A DNA stretch of 64,000 nucleotides from a virus (lineage: Duplodnaviria > Heunggongvirae > Uroviricota > Caudoviricetes), in the IMG/VR virus record IMGVR_UViG_3300024259_001450, positions 60,076 to 124,075 of that record, one strand, 5' to 3'. Positions within the stretch are counted from its first letter, which is position 1. Every line of letters starts with the position of its first letter. Of this stretch, positions 8,317 to 17,880 are shown piece after piece. A model generated the notes under the pieces. The model was not told the origin of the DNA, searched no databases, and saw nothing but the letters and a program-made list of their open reading frames with translations. A program made the position numbers and the translations under genes.

Positions 8317-9272
8317 TGGATAGAAAAAAATTATCCATATTAATATGCACAATGAGTTCTAGGAAAAAATTCCTGGATAAACTTCTCCATAGGTTACGTC
8401 CGCAGTTAACAGATGACGTAGAGATTATCGTAAATGATGAAGGCAAAAAATGGACTACTGGCTATAAGAGAAATTTTCTATTAAAGCAAGCAAAAGGTAA
8501 ATATATAGTTTTTGTTGATGATGATGATATGGTGTCTTACGATTATGTAAAGAAGATACTAAAGGGAATCGAAGACGAGCCTGACTGTTGTGGCATAGAA
8601 GGCATTGTTACATTCAATGGTGAACGTGCTGCTAATTTTGTACATTCCAAAAGATACGGTCAGAGATGGACTCGCAGAAAAGGAGTTTTCTATAGACCTC
8701 CAAATCATTTGAATCCTGTCAGACGCTCTTTGGCACGTAAGGCTGGTTTCCCAAACATCGTTAAGCGTGAGGACAGAGCTTACTCTGACAAGCTGTATCC
8801 TATGTTGAAAAAAGAGACACTAATTAATGGTCCTATTTATTATTATCTATGTAGAAAACCGCCAGAAGAAGAAAAGAAAGTTGCAACTGGTCCATATGAA
8901 ATTAATAAAGTCACTTTATATGGAGATTTTGAGATCGAAGCGAAATTGAAAATAACTGGTCTTGGAGGAAGTGCATCGGGTGTCCTTGTAGACGGCTCTG
9001 TACTCGGTTTTGAAGGTTGTAATAGCAAATGTATGTTTGTAGAAGGGGGTGTTTTTAAAGGTATATCTTTTAAACCAGTGACTTCTAAATACTTGAAGGA
9101 AGGTAAGGCATTTTTCTTTAAGATAAAGAAATCAAAGAATAAACTGAAATTTTTCATAAATGATGAAAGATTATTTTCCGTGAATTATACAAAGAAAAAA
9201 ACCAAAGTAGGATTTAGGCCGATGCGTAGTACAATGAGAATTATGGATTTTGATGTAAAGGAATTAGCATGA
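8316..9272 (+). CDS. GT2 family glycosyltransferase with an extra C-terminal beta-rich domain
   Basis: SILICT, GYKRNFLLKQAKGKYIVFVDDDD, NHLNP, REDRAY; C-terminal GDFEIEAKLKITG...KLKFFIND; start taken at ATG 8316, overlapping the upstream TGA (tracked ORF from 8301). Confidence 0.8.
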   Translation: MDRKKLSILICTMSSRKKFLDKLLHRLRPQLTDDVEIIVNDEGKKWTTGYKRNFLLKQAKGKYIVFVDDDDMVSYDYVKKILKGIEDEPDCCGIEGIVTFNGERAANFVHSKRYGQRWTRRKGVFYRPPNHLNPVRRSLARKAGFPNIVKREDRAYSDKLYPMLKKETLINGPIYYYLCRKPPEEEKKVATGPYEINKVTLYGDFEIEAKLKITGLGGSASGVLVDGSVLGFEGCNSKCMFVEGGVFKGISFKPVTSKYLKEGKAFFFKIKKSKNKLKFFINDERLFSVNYTKKKTKVGFRPMRSTMRIMDFDVKELA

Positions 9273-10132
9273 AAAAAGTTTTGTCATTTGTTTTGTTCGG
9301 AAAAAGAAGTAGATACTGGTCGCCAGTGCCATTAACTTTATTGTGTCATCATCTTGCTTTTCCTAAATTTCATATGCGCATACACGTATCTAAAGAAGCC
9401 AGAGAACACAGGTTGTTTCCATTATTAAGAGGCTTAGAACATCGCAACGACAAAATAGAAATAAAAAGCGTTAAGCAGCCCCACAAGAGAACTCAGGCGA
9501 CATTATGGCGCATGATGCCTCTCTGGGACAAAAGGGTTAAATACGTATTTTGTAGAGATTTAGATGCCATACCTGGAGAGGATGAAGTTAAAGCTATGAG
9601 GACTTTTCTTAGGACTGGTTATCTAATCCATGGCATTCGTAGTTTTGATCAGCATACGGTTCCTCTGATGGCTGGAATGTGTGGCTTTAATGCCAGAAAA
9701 TTGCGTGATAAAGGATTGTTGCCATCGGATTTCTGGGAGTATATGAGAATTGTAAAAAACGCAAGCACCAAGTGGAAGTGGGGTTGTGATCAGTTTTCAT
9801 TGAAGTATTATTTTTATGAACAGCATCCTCAAAAAATATTTTTACAACAGCACACATTAGATACACCTCTTGGTAGTGCCCGTAAACGATTGGCTGAATA
9901 TAAGCCGATATTGTTGCCTAGAGAAATGTATAATAAAACTGACTTGAAATACATGAGAGATAATCCTGTATTCAAGATAGCAAAAAAGTTGCATTCGTTT
10001 GCGAGTTCTCCGATATTGCATAAAAGATCATTACGTTATTTGCCATCGGTTTTGGAATATCAATGTGAATTATCTGAACAAATTAAGGAAGTATTCAAAG
10101 AAAATCCTGATATTGAAAGTTATTACTTATGA
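9269..10132 (+). CDS. putative glycosyltransferase-like protein (RDxD family)
   Basis: KKVLSFVLFG, WRMMPL, FCRDLDA, HGIRS...H...LMAGMCG, GCDQ: pattern of a GT-A-like family; position within the GT cluster. Confidence 0.5.
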   Translation: MKKVLSFVLFGKRSRYWSPVPLTLLCHHLAFPKFHMRIHVSKEAREHRLFPLLRGLEHRNDKIEIKSVKQPHKRTQATLWRMMPLWDKRVKYVFCRDLDAIPGEDEVKAMRTFLRTGYLIHGIRSFDQHTVPLMAGMCGFNARKLRDKGLLPSDFWEYMRIVKNASTKWKWGCDQFSLKYYFYEQHPQKIFLQQHTLDTPLGSARKRLAEYKPILLPREMYNKTDLKYMRDNPVFKIAKKLHSFASSPILHKRSLRYLPSVLEYQCELSEQIKEVFKENPDIESYYL

Positions 10133-10869
10133 AAAAATTTGCTATTATATCTGTGGGTTGTAACTGCCAAAAGTTCGTAAAAGAATGGTATACTTCTATT
10201 TCTAGACAAACGGAACGTAGTTTCAAATGCTATATAGCTGTCGATCCATCTATAGACGGAACTGCTAGTATGGTAAAAAACTATATAAAAAGAGATAGTC
10301 GTTTTAGATTGGTTGCCGCGCATACTGGCGAAAACAGAGGAGCATTATATAATCGTTACATATGTACAAAAAGAGTGAAAAATCCCAACACAATTATTGC
10401 CCATGTTGATTTAGACGATAGCCTATATACAAACACTGCTTTACACGTTGTAGATCGTGTCTATCAAAAACAGGATTGTTGGCTAACATATGGATCATAC
10501 ACATCAAATATGCATGGAAATTGGAATCGTAAAATACCACAAGAGGTTTGGGATAATAACTCTTTTCGTGATCACGAGTGGTGTACGAGTGCATTGAGAA
10601 CTTTTAAAAGATGGTTATGGGATAAGATAGATAAAAATGACTTTATTCTGCCAGATGGTAAATGGATTAAGAGAGGAACAGATTTGGCATTTATGTTTCC
10701 GATGCTTGAAATGGCGGGACCAAAACGCGTTAAATTTATCAAAAAAATACTTTATTATTACAATGTGTATGGACAATTTAAAAATAAAAAACTTGTTAAA
10801 CATGAAAGAAAATCTGTAAAATACACAAGACACAAACAATCATATGAAAGAATTGAAAAAGATGAATAA
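10129..10869 (+). CDS. GT2 family glycosyltransferase
   Basis: VDPSIDGT, GALYN, HVDLDDSL (DxDD), WLTYGSY, TDLAFMFPMLEMAG. Confidence 0.85.
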   Translation: MKKFAIISVGCNCQKFVKEWYTSISRQTERSFKCYIAVDPSIDGTASMVKNYIKRDSRFRLVAAHTGENRGALYNRYICTKRVKNPNTIIAHVDLDDSLYTNTALHVVDRVYQKQDCWLTYGSYTSNMHGNWNRKIPQEVWDNNSFRDHEWCTSALRTFKRWLWDKIDKNDFILPDGKWIKRGTDLAFMFPMLEMAGPKRVKFIKKILYYYNVYGQFKNKKLVKHERKSVKYTRHKQSYERIEKDE

Positions 10870-11770
10870 AAATATATTATTTGTTGTAGGAGATGGAATA
10901 GGAAATCAGGTTCAGTCATTACCTGCTTTTGTGTATTGTAAAAAACATTTTGGTGAAGCGGATGTCGCTGTGTATAATTCTATACCGACATGGAAAAAAG
11001 CAACTAAATTACTGTTTTCTCCTTTTTGTGAAAAAATCTATTATTCAGATAAAGAAATCCCAAAAGAAAAGTTTATGTTCCAGATATTGACTGCACCGTG
11101 TTATGGATCACCAGCAAATCAGATACATGTTCGCAATAGAAAACTATTGGATAAAGTCAAGAAATACTCTGAAGTTTATTTTAACATGTTGTCTGTGGGC
11201 TATGGATTTACTGATGATGATTTTTATCCAACAGAGATGTCTAATTTGTACAATTTTGAATTGAGCCTAGATGCACCTGATGTCGTCTTGCATAACGGAT
11301 ACAGTAAGATTAATCGTGAAGCAAGGAAGAGATGGTTTCCTAAAAGTTATCCCAAGTATGAGAAGGTCGCTCGTATATTACAGAAAAAGGGGTACACAGT
11401 AGCTAGTATCGGTAGTGAGGAAGAGTATATCAATGGAACTATCAATTTAACAGGATTAAAAATGAAGCGTTCTATAGCTGCTATCAAGTCTGCTAGGTTA
11501 TTGATAGCCAATGATACAGCGACATACCATTTGGCGAATGTCGTAGGAACACCGAATATCGTTTTGTTTACATTTACTGATCCCAAAAAGAATTATGACA
11601 GTAGATTTCACAAATTCTCACATATTGTGAGAAAAGAGATGTCGTGTTCTCCATGTCAATTAACTAATGGATTTGGTTCTTGGGTGAAAAATAAATCCAT
11701 ATGTAAATGGGACTGTCGTAATATAAAGACGCGAGTAATCGTGGAAGAGGCATTGAAGATATTATCATGA
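10862..11770 (+). CDS. GT9 family (heptosyltransferase-like) glycosyltransferase
   Basis: GDGIGNQV, KSYPKY, GSEEE, INLTG, ARLLIANDTATYHLANVVGTPNIVLF, CSPC; start refined from 10844. Confidence 0.85.
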   Translation: MNKNILFVVGDGIGNQVQSLPAFVYCKKHFGEADVAVYNSIPTWKKATKLLFSPFCEKIYYSDKEIPKEKFMFQILTAPCYGSPANQIHVRNRKLLDKVKKYSEVYFNMLSVGYGFTDDDFYPTEMSNLYNFELSLDAPDVVLHNGYSKINREARKRWFPKSYPKYEKVARILQKKGYTVASIGSEEEYINGTINLTGLKMKRSIAAIKSARLLIANDTATYHLANVVGTPNIVLFTFTDPKKNYDSRFHKFSHIVRKEMSCSPCQLTNGFGSWVKNKSICKWDCRNIKTRVIVEEALKILS

Positions 11771-12744
11771 AAATAATATTTTTGCGTGGCAGCGTTCCGC
11801 CAGCAAATGAACATCCTGAGAAACTGTTATACAACTTCATAGAAGAATGTGAAGACCAGTGGACTCAACTCTTTTACTATTTGACAAAATCCCTTGGGGC
11901 GACAGGAGAGTTGTTATATCAAGGTGGCAATAGAGAATCCAATTTTGTTGATTTTACTGATATGTGGGTAAAGAAAATAGCGAAGTATGACTGTGGGTAT
12001 GAACCAGATTTGATTGTGTGTCGTGGGGGATTCGACTACTATGACAAATTTGTTAAGAGGTTCCCTAAAGCCAAAAAGGTTTATTATGGGGCAGGAAAAA
12101 GGTATTATCCAAAAACTGGTTTTACTCATTATGATTTATTCTTAGCCGATTCCAAAAAGCAAAGAAAGAAGATAAAAGCAAAAGGCAAACGCTCCAAACT
12201 ATTTATCAAACCAGCAGCCACACTGTTTAAGCCATACAATGTAGACAAAAAATATGACATATGTTTTATGGCGAACGCTTCTCAGTCAGACATTAAGAGG
12301 CATATATTGTTAATTAAGTCATTTGCCAATACGGAATATACAATACTCAATTTGGGTAACACTGATAAGCGCTTAATTCAATTGGCCAAGAAATACAATG
12401 TAAACATTACGTGGGGAGGATGGCATCTTAGAAAACATCTGCCAGAAAAAATAAGTCAATGCAAAGTCGGTATATGTTGTTCTACTAATTATGATTCTTG
12501 TCCAAGGGTTATACCAGAATATCTAGCGTGTGGATTGCCTGTTATAGCAACAAGTAATATGAATTTTTGGCATGACAAATATATTACTAACAAAACTGGT
12601 GTACTCGTTAATGAACATGATTTGTTGGGCGGAATACAGGACGCCCTAAAGATCAAGGCCGGTGTTCGCAGATACTATGATAACAATTTGGGTATGGAAA
12701 AGGCAGTAGAGCATTTAAAGAAACTGGTGGAGAATATATTATGA
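11767..12744 (+). CDS. GT4-like (GT-B) glycosyltransferase
   Basis: KYDICFMA, C-terminal YDSCPRVIPEYLACGLPVIAT (Ex7E-type region). Confidence 0.75.
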   Translation: MKIIFLRGSVPPANEHPEKLLYNFIEECEDQWTQLFYYLTKSLGATGELLYQGGNRESNFVDFTDMWVKKIAKYDCGYEPDLIVCRGGFDYYDKFVKRFPKAKKVYYGAGKRYYPKTGFTHYDLFLADSKKQRKKIKAKGKRSKLFIKPAATLFKPYNVDKKYDICFMANASQSDIKRHILLIKSFANTEYTILNLGNTDKRLIQLAKKYNVNITWGGWHLRKHLPEKISQCKVGICCSTNYDSCPRVIPEYLACGLPVIATSNMNFWHDKYITNKTGVLVNEHDLLGGIQDALKIKAGVRRYYDNNLGMEKAVEHLKKLVENIL

Positions 12745-13661
12745 AAATAGTTTTCAATTTGCACAATGTGGGTCTTGGCAATAACGGTGGTAGCAAAACA
12801 ATTATCTGTTGCGCTGAGACGTTGGCGGAATTGGGCCATCGTGTCGTACTATATTCTAATGTGATAAACAATTACAGTTGGCATGAGCCGAAGGGTGTTG
12901 AGATTGTTAGGAAAGATAAGTGCCCGTCTTCTGATGTCGTAATAGCAACTGGGTATTACAGTGTTAAAAACACATTGGCGTGTTCAGCACCTAAAAAGTT
13001 TTTCTACATTAGAGGCTATGAACTATGGCAGGCGAACGAGCAGAAATTGCTATCAGCATATAAGAGTTTGAATTGCATTGTTAATAGTCGATGGCTTCAC
13101 GATCACTTGAAAAAACGCGGCATTAAATCAAAAATTATTTATCAAGGAATTGGTTTTGATAGGTTCTATATTCGAGATGATGTTAATAGAAAAAAAAGAA
13201 TTGGTGCGATATACCACGAAAAGCATAAAACGAAACGACACCCCGATGCGAAGTTAATCAGTGAGATGTCTGGCTATCCGATCAAACTGCTGAACAAAGA
13301 TTTGCAAAATCCGTCAGAAGGCAAATTAAATAAATGGTATAATAAGATGTCTGTGTGGGTTGCTCCTACTGAATCTGAAGGTCTGCACAACCCTCCTATG
13401 GAAGCATCTCTTGCCGGTTGTGCTTTGGTATGTACTGATCACAAAATGTCTGGTATGCAAGACTACGCTATCCATGATGAGACTGCTCTTGTATACCCTG
13501 CAAGAGACATGAAAATGGCCGTAGGGTATGTTAGGGAGTTAATGATTGATGAGCCGCTTAGAAGCAGATTAAACGCCAATATGAGGCAACTGTTAACAGA
13601 TAAGATAGGCAGTAGAGAACATAATATGAAAAAGCTTGTTCGCTACATAGAGGATCATTAG
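12741..13661 (+). CDS. GT4 family glycosyltransferase
   Basis: NNGGSKTI, DVVIATGY, SEGLHNPPMEASLAGCALV. Confidence 0.85.
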   Translation: MKIVFNLHNVGLGNNGGSKTIICCAETLAELGHRVVLYSNVINNYSWHEPKGVEIVRKDKCPSSDVVIATGYYSVKNTLACSAPKKFFYIRGYELWQANEQKLLSAYKSLNCIVNSRWLHDHLKKRGIKSKIIYQGIGFDRFYIRDDVNRKKRIGAIYHEKHKTKRHPDAKLISEMSGYPIKLLNKDLQNPSEGKLNKWYNKMSVWVAPTESEGLHNPPMEASLAGCALVCTDHKMSGMQDYAIHDETALVYPARDMKMAVGYVRELMIDEPLRSRLNANMRQLLTDKIGSREHNMKKLVRYIEDH

Positions 13662-13693
13662 ATTCCGATTAGATACATGAATAGGAGAGATAT

Positions 13694-14569
13694 ATGGAAA
13701 TTGGCATTGTGGGATATGGAGTTGTAGGCAAAGCTGTTGAATATGGATTTGAGTCACTTTCAGATATTTATATTTATGATCCACTATATGTGGATAACGA
13801 AGAAGACAAATTTATGTCGAGTATTGAAGAAGTGATGAGGAAATCACGAATTGTTTTCGTCTGTGTTCCCACACCTATGACTGAAGTGGCTGGTGGTCCT
13901 TTTGATTCTACTGTAATAGACAGCGTGATGAAAGAGGTCGGAGAAGCATCCGCTCAGTGGGATTTGCCACCAGTTGTGGTTATAGAAAGTGCAGTTATAC
14001 CATCGAAAATTAAACAATACATTAAAGACTATCCTAAGATTCGTCTTGTAGTATCTCCTGAATACCTGACAGAAAAAGAACCTTTCGATAAATTCATTAA
14101 CCCAGATTGTAGAATATTGGGTGGTTCACCTGAAGATACGTCTGAGGTTCAATCTGCATTTGAAGTGTTTAGTATTTGCAAGCGTTGTGATGTGGGATAC
14201 TGTGATGCTATTGGGGCGGCTGTTATTAAGTATATGGAAAACTCATTCTTGGCTATGAAAGTTTCTTTTATGAATCAATTTTATGATTTATTGAAGGAAT
14301 CTGGTTCAGAGACTGAATGGAATCATCTGGCTAGAATATTCCACTTTGATTCTAGAATGGGCAATAGTCATTACAAAATTCCAGGGCATGACGGAGATCG
14401 GGGATGGGGTGGAAAATGTCTCCCGAAGGATATTAATGCTATTATATACGAAGCGAAAAAATTGGGTTGTGATTTGACTATTATGGAAGAAGTTTGGAAA
14501 TATAACTTAGAAAATAGGGAAGATATAAATTGGGCTAAGATTAAAGGAGCAGTCAGTGAAAAAGAATAG
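13694..14569 (+). CDS. ugd: UDP-glucose/GDP-mannose 6-dehydrogenase family, short form with no C-terminal domain
   Basis: IGIVGYGVVG Rossmann motif, FVCVPTP, SPEYL, IKYMENSFLAMKVSFMN, GWGGKCLPKD (catalytic Cys). Confidence 0.85.
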   Translation: MEIGIVGYGVVGKAVEYGFESLSDIYIYDPLYVDNEEDKFMSSIEEVMRKSRIVFVCVPTPMTEVAGGPFDSTVIDSVMKEVGEASAQWDLPPVVVIESAVIPSKIKQYIKDYPKIRLVVSPEYLTEKEPFDKFINPDCRILGGSPEDTSEVQSAFEVFSICKRCDVGYCDAIGAAVIKYMENSFLAMKVSFMNQFYDLLKESGSETEWNHLARIFHFDSRMGNSHYKIPGHDGDRGWGGKCLPKDINAIIYEAKKLGCDLTIMEEVWKYNLENREDINWAKIKGAVSEKE

Positions 14570-15332
14570 TGATCCTTTGATCAGTGTCGTAATCCCTTTG
14601 TACAACTATTCTAGGTTTATTAAGTATTGTATTAAGTCAGTGATTAAACAAAATTATAGCAATTATGAGATCATCGTTGTGGATGATTGCTCTACTGATA
14701 ATTCTTATGAAATCGCCAAAAAGTATGAATGCGATAATATCAAAGTCTTTCAATTAAAAAAGAACAGTGGTTATTCGACGGCAAAAAATGAAGGCATCGT
14801 TGTTTCTAAAGGAGATTTGATTACTTGTTTGGATGCAGACGATATGTTAACTAGGAATTCTCTTACTTGTCGCGTGGTTGCCATGAAAAAGCATGATGTT
14901 CCATTTGTACATGCTAGAGCCATAGACGTATACGGGGATGTTTCGTTAAAGGACTGTTATAGGATAAAGGAAGAAAAAATAACTAGAACAAAAGCTAAAA
15001 TACATGCTCAAAGTGTATTGTTGAAAAGATGGGTTCATAAAGAATACGGGTTGTATGATGAAAAACTTCGTTCTAGATCAGATAAAGAAATGTGGTTAAG
15101 GCTTTTTGGTAGTAATTATGGCGGTGATAATTATCAATCCGTTTGTAGGATCAAACGCATTAGTATTAAAGATGATGTTGCATATTATCGTCGTCACCAA
15201 AAATCTATGATTAGCATGAGGAGTCGCAATAGTAGTTATGACAAAAAAGTTACTAAGCTTTTGTATCAACAATATGAGTTAAGGAAAAATGAGGGTATTA
15301 CTAGTGAAAATACTAGATTCCTAGAAAGTTAA
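14556..15332 (+). CDS. GT2 family glycosyltransferase
   Basis: ISVVIPLYN, VVDDCSTD, NSGYSTAKN, CLDADD, SDKEMWLR. Confidence 0.9.
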   Translation: MKKNSDPLISVVIPLYNYSRFIKYCIKSVIKQNYSNYEIIVVDDCSTDNSYEIAKKYECDNIKVFQLKKNSGYSTAKNEGIVVSKGDLITCLDADDMLTRNSLTCRVVAMKKHDVPFVHARAIDVYGDVSLKDCYRIKEEKITRTKAKIHAQSVLLKRWVHKEYGLYDEKLRSRSDKEMWLRLFGSNYGGDNYQSVCRIKRISIKDDVAYYRRHQKSMISMRSRNSSYDKKVTKLLYQQYELRKNEGITSENTRFLES

Positions 15333-15339
15333 AATTTTT

Positions 15340-15966
15340 ATGCCGACAAAAGGTAAAATTAAAAGTAAATATCCAAAATTAAAAGAAATTTGGAAAAAAG
15401 TAGACGGAAGAGGTAATTACCAAAAACCGAATCAAAGGTTATTTAATGCTGCTAATTGTTTAAATGCTCTTAAGAGACAAAAAGGTTTGAACGCACTTGA
15501 TATAGGATGCAATAACGGAATATTGTCCGTAGTCGCTTCAGATAAATTTGATTCTGTTGTAGGGATAGATACTGATAGGGATAATAAAAATGTCATCTTA
15601 AAGGCTAAAAAAACTGCTGATTTTTTTGGTAAAGATAATTGTAAATTTTATGAAATGAGTTTTTTAAATTACATTGAAAAAGGCAAATGGAAAGAACATA
15701 AGATTAATTCATTTCTTGGATTTCAAGTTTTATATCATTTGAATGATAAAGAAATTTCAGTATTAAAAAAATTATTGCCAGATATCAAAATGTGCGTTAT
15801 CAGTATCCGACCAGAAGTCGGAGACAGAATTGAACCCGGTAAACCAGCAAATAAATTAGGTTTGTATACCATTGATCAAGTTAAAGATTTCTTTTCGCCA
15901 TATTTTTCAAAATTTGAGATGTATAATGAAAAAACAAGGTGGCCCACACTGATTATTCAGAAATAA
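15340..15966 (+). CDS. class I SAM-dependent methyltransferase (paralog family A)
   Basis: ALDIGCNNGILS motif I, VGIDTD, FQVLYHL; similar to 26758, 27395 and 30886. Confidence 0.8.
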   Translation: MPTKGKIKSKYPKLKEIWKKVDGRGNYQKPNQRLFNAANCLNALKRQKGLNALDIGCNNGILSVVASDKFDSVVGIDTDRDNKNVILKAKKTADFFGKDNCKFYEMSFLNYIEKGKWKEHKINSFLGFQVLYHLNDKEISVLKKLLPDIKMCVISIRPEVGDRIEPGKPANKLGLYTIDQVKDFFSPYFSKFEMYNEKTRWPTLIIQK

Positions 15967-15968
15967 CT

Positions 15969-16925
15969 ATGAAAATTTTTTTACCATATAAAGAAGAGCC
16001 TAAAACTGGAAAAGGTCTTTTCATTAAAAGACTCCATGATGAGTTTATCAAAATGGGAATTCGTGTTATATTAAAACCCAGTGAAAAAAGCGATATAGCA
16101 TTGCATGTTACAAAGATGAAATACAAAACCAATTCTAAAAAGAATATTGTAAGATTTAACGGAGTCTATCATGACAAAAAGATTGATTATAAATACTTTA
16201 ACTCGCAAATTAGAACTCACGCCGACAAAGCCGATGCCTTAATCTTTCAATCGAAATTCGGTCAACAGATGTTTGAGAAATATATTGGTAAATATAAGAA
16301 CAAGCCAAGAACAGTTATTTTCAATGGTTCAACTACACAAGACAACGCAAAAACAATACAATCTAAGTTCAAGTACAATTTTTTAGCCTTTTCTAGATGG
16401 CGACCACATAAGAGACTAAAAACAATTGTAAAATCTTTTTTACTTGCCGACATACCAGATTCTTGTCTTTGGATAGCAGGAGACACCATAAATTCTGGTA
16501 TGGATCGAAATAAAATGAAAAAGATATTTTCTGAAAATAATATTAATCGGTTGGGAGAAATAAAACAATCAAAAATATCAAGATATTTGAAGCTGTGTGA
16601 TGCCGTCATACACATATGTTGGGTGGATGTATGTCCTAATTCTGTAGTAGAATCTATTTGTTCAGGTAAAACTGTTATCTGTAACAATGTTGGTGGTACA
16701 CAAGAGATCGTAATGCCGAGTGGAGGTATAGTTTGCGACATAGATGAACCATATGATTTGAAACCAGTTGATTTATATAATCCTCCTAAGATAGATGTCA
16801 ATATCGTCGCAAACGCCATGAAAGAATCCATTAAACAAAAAAATGATATTTGCTTAGATCATGTAGAAATAGGAAATATAGCAAAACAGTATATGGCATT
16901 TTTTGAGAAAATACTAAAAACATGA
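15969..16925 (+). CDS. GT4 family glycosyltransferase (tandem copy 1)
   Basis: FSRWRPHKRL, CPNSVVESICSGKTVI; start refined from 15939. Confidence 0.85.
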   Translation: MKIFLPYKEEPKTGKGLFIKRLHDEFIKMGIRVILKPSEKSDIALHVTKMKYKTNSKKNIVRFNGVYHDKKIDYKYFNSQIRTHADKADALIFQSKFGQQMFEKYIGKYKNKPRTVIFNGSTTQDNAKTIQSKFKYNFLAFSRWRPHKRLKTIVKSFLLADIPDSCLWIAGDTINSGMDRNKMKKIFSENNINRLGEIKQSKISRYLKLCDAVIHICWVDVCPNSVVESICSGKTVICNNVGGTQEIVMPSGGIVCDIDEPYDLKPVDLYNPPKIDVNIVANAMKESIKQKNDICLDHVEIGNIAKQYMAFFEKILKT

Positions 16926-17361
16926 AAATATATTTACCTTTAGAAAAAAAGCCACACACTGGTAAGCATTTTTTTGTAGAGCGTTTGTCTGTTGCTCTAT
17001 TGGAAATGGGTGTTGAAACGACCTCAAATGTTGAAAAAGAATGTGATGTAGCTTTGCATATCACTAAGATAAAAAATAAGGTTCGTGCTACAAAAAACAT
17101 AATTAGATTGAATGGCATTATACATAACACAAAGCAAAAATACAAAGAATTGAACAAATCAATTAAGCACTCTACAGATAAGGCTGATGCTTTTATCTTT
17201 CAATCTGAATTCAGCCAGAAGATGTTTGAGCGATATATCGGCAAGTATGAAGATAAACAAAAAACGATTATTTTCAATGGTTCTAAAGTTGGCAGTGATT
17301 ATTCGCCTGTACAATCTAAGTTCAAGTACAATTTTTTAGCCTTTTCTAGATGGCGACCACA
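16357..17361 (+). repeat. 52-bp exact direct repeat shared by the tandem GT4 genes (16357-16408 and 17310-17361)
   Basis: tacaatctaagttcaagtacaattttttagccttttctagatggcgaccaca occurs twice; a second near-identical tract lies at about 16638-16713 and 17591-17666. Confidence 0.9.
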
Positions 17362-17878
17362 CAAGAGACTAAAGGCTACAATTAAATCTTTTTTGGCTTC
17401 TGATATGTCTGATTCTTGTCTTTGGATAGCAGGGGACTTAAAAGAATCAGGTTTGAAAAGAAGCAAAATAAAGAAATATTTTCAAGTACCAAGAGTGCAA
17501 TATCTAGGCATATTGAACGGTAAATCTCTTGGGAGATACATCGCGTCGTCTAATGCGATTATTCATATTTGTTGGTTGGATTGGTGTCCCAATTCTGTAG
17601 TAGAATCTATTTGTGCAGGTAAAACTGTTATCTGTAACAATGTTGGTGGCACACAAGAGATTGTAAGGCCAAGTGGGGGTATAGTCTGCGATATAGATGA
17701 ACCATATGATTTAGAACCGATCAATTTACTTAAACCACCAAGAATCAATACACACATAGTCGCTGATAGCATTGTAAAATCTGCCAACGATTTATCAATG
17801 ATAAAGAGCGATCATGTCGATATTAATAATATAGCTAAAGAATATAAGTCTTTTTTTGAAAAAGTATTAGAGGATTAA
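16922..17878 (+). CDS. GT4 family glycosyltransferase (tandem copy 2)
   Basis: Collinear paralog of 15969-16925; CPNSVVESICAGKTVI. Confidence 0.85.
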   Translation: MKIYLPLEKKPHTGKHFFVERLSVALLEMGVETTSNVEKECDVALHITKIKNKVRATKNIIRLNGIIHNTKQKYKELNKSIKHSTDKADAFIFQSEFSQKMFERYIGKYEDKQKTIIFNGSKVGSDYSPVQSKFKYNFLAFSRWRPHKRLKATIKSFLASDMSDSCLWIAGDLKESGLKRSKIKKYFQVPRVQYLGILNGKSLGRYIASSNAIIHICWLDWCPNSVVESICAGKTVICNNVGGTQEIVRPSGGIVCDIDEPYDLEPINLLKPPRINTHIVADSIVKSANDLSMIKSDHVDINNIAKEYKSFFEKVLED

Positions 17879-17880
17879 GA

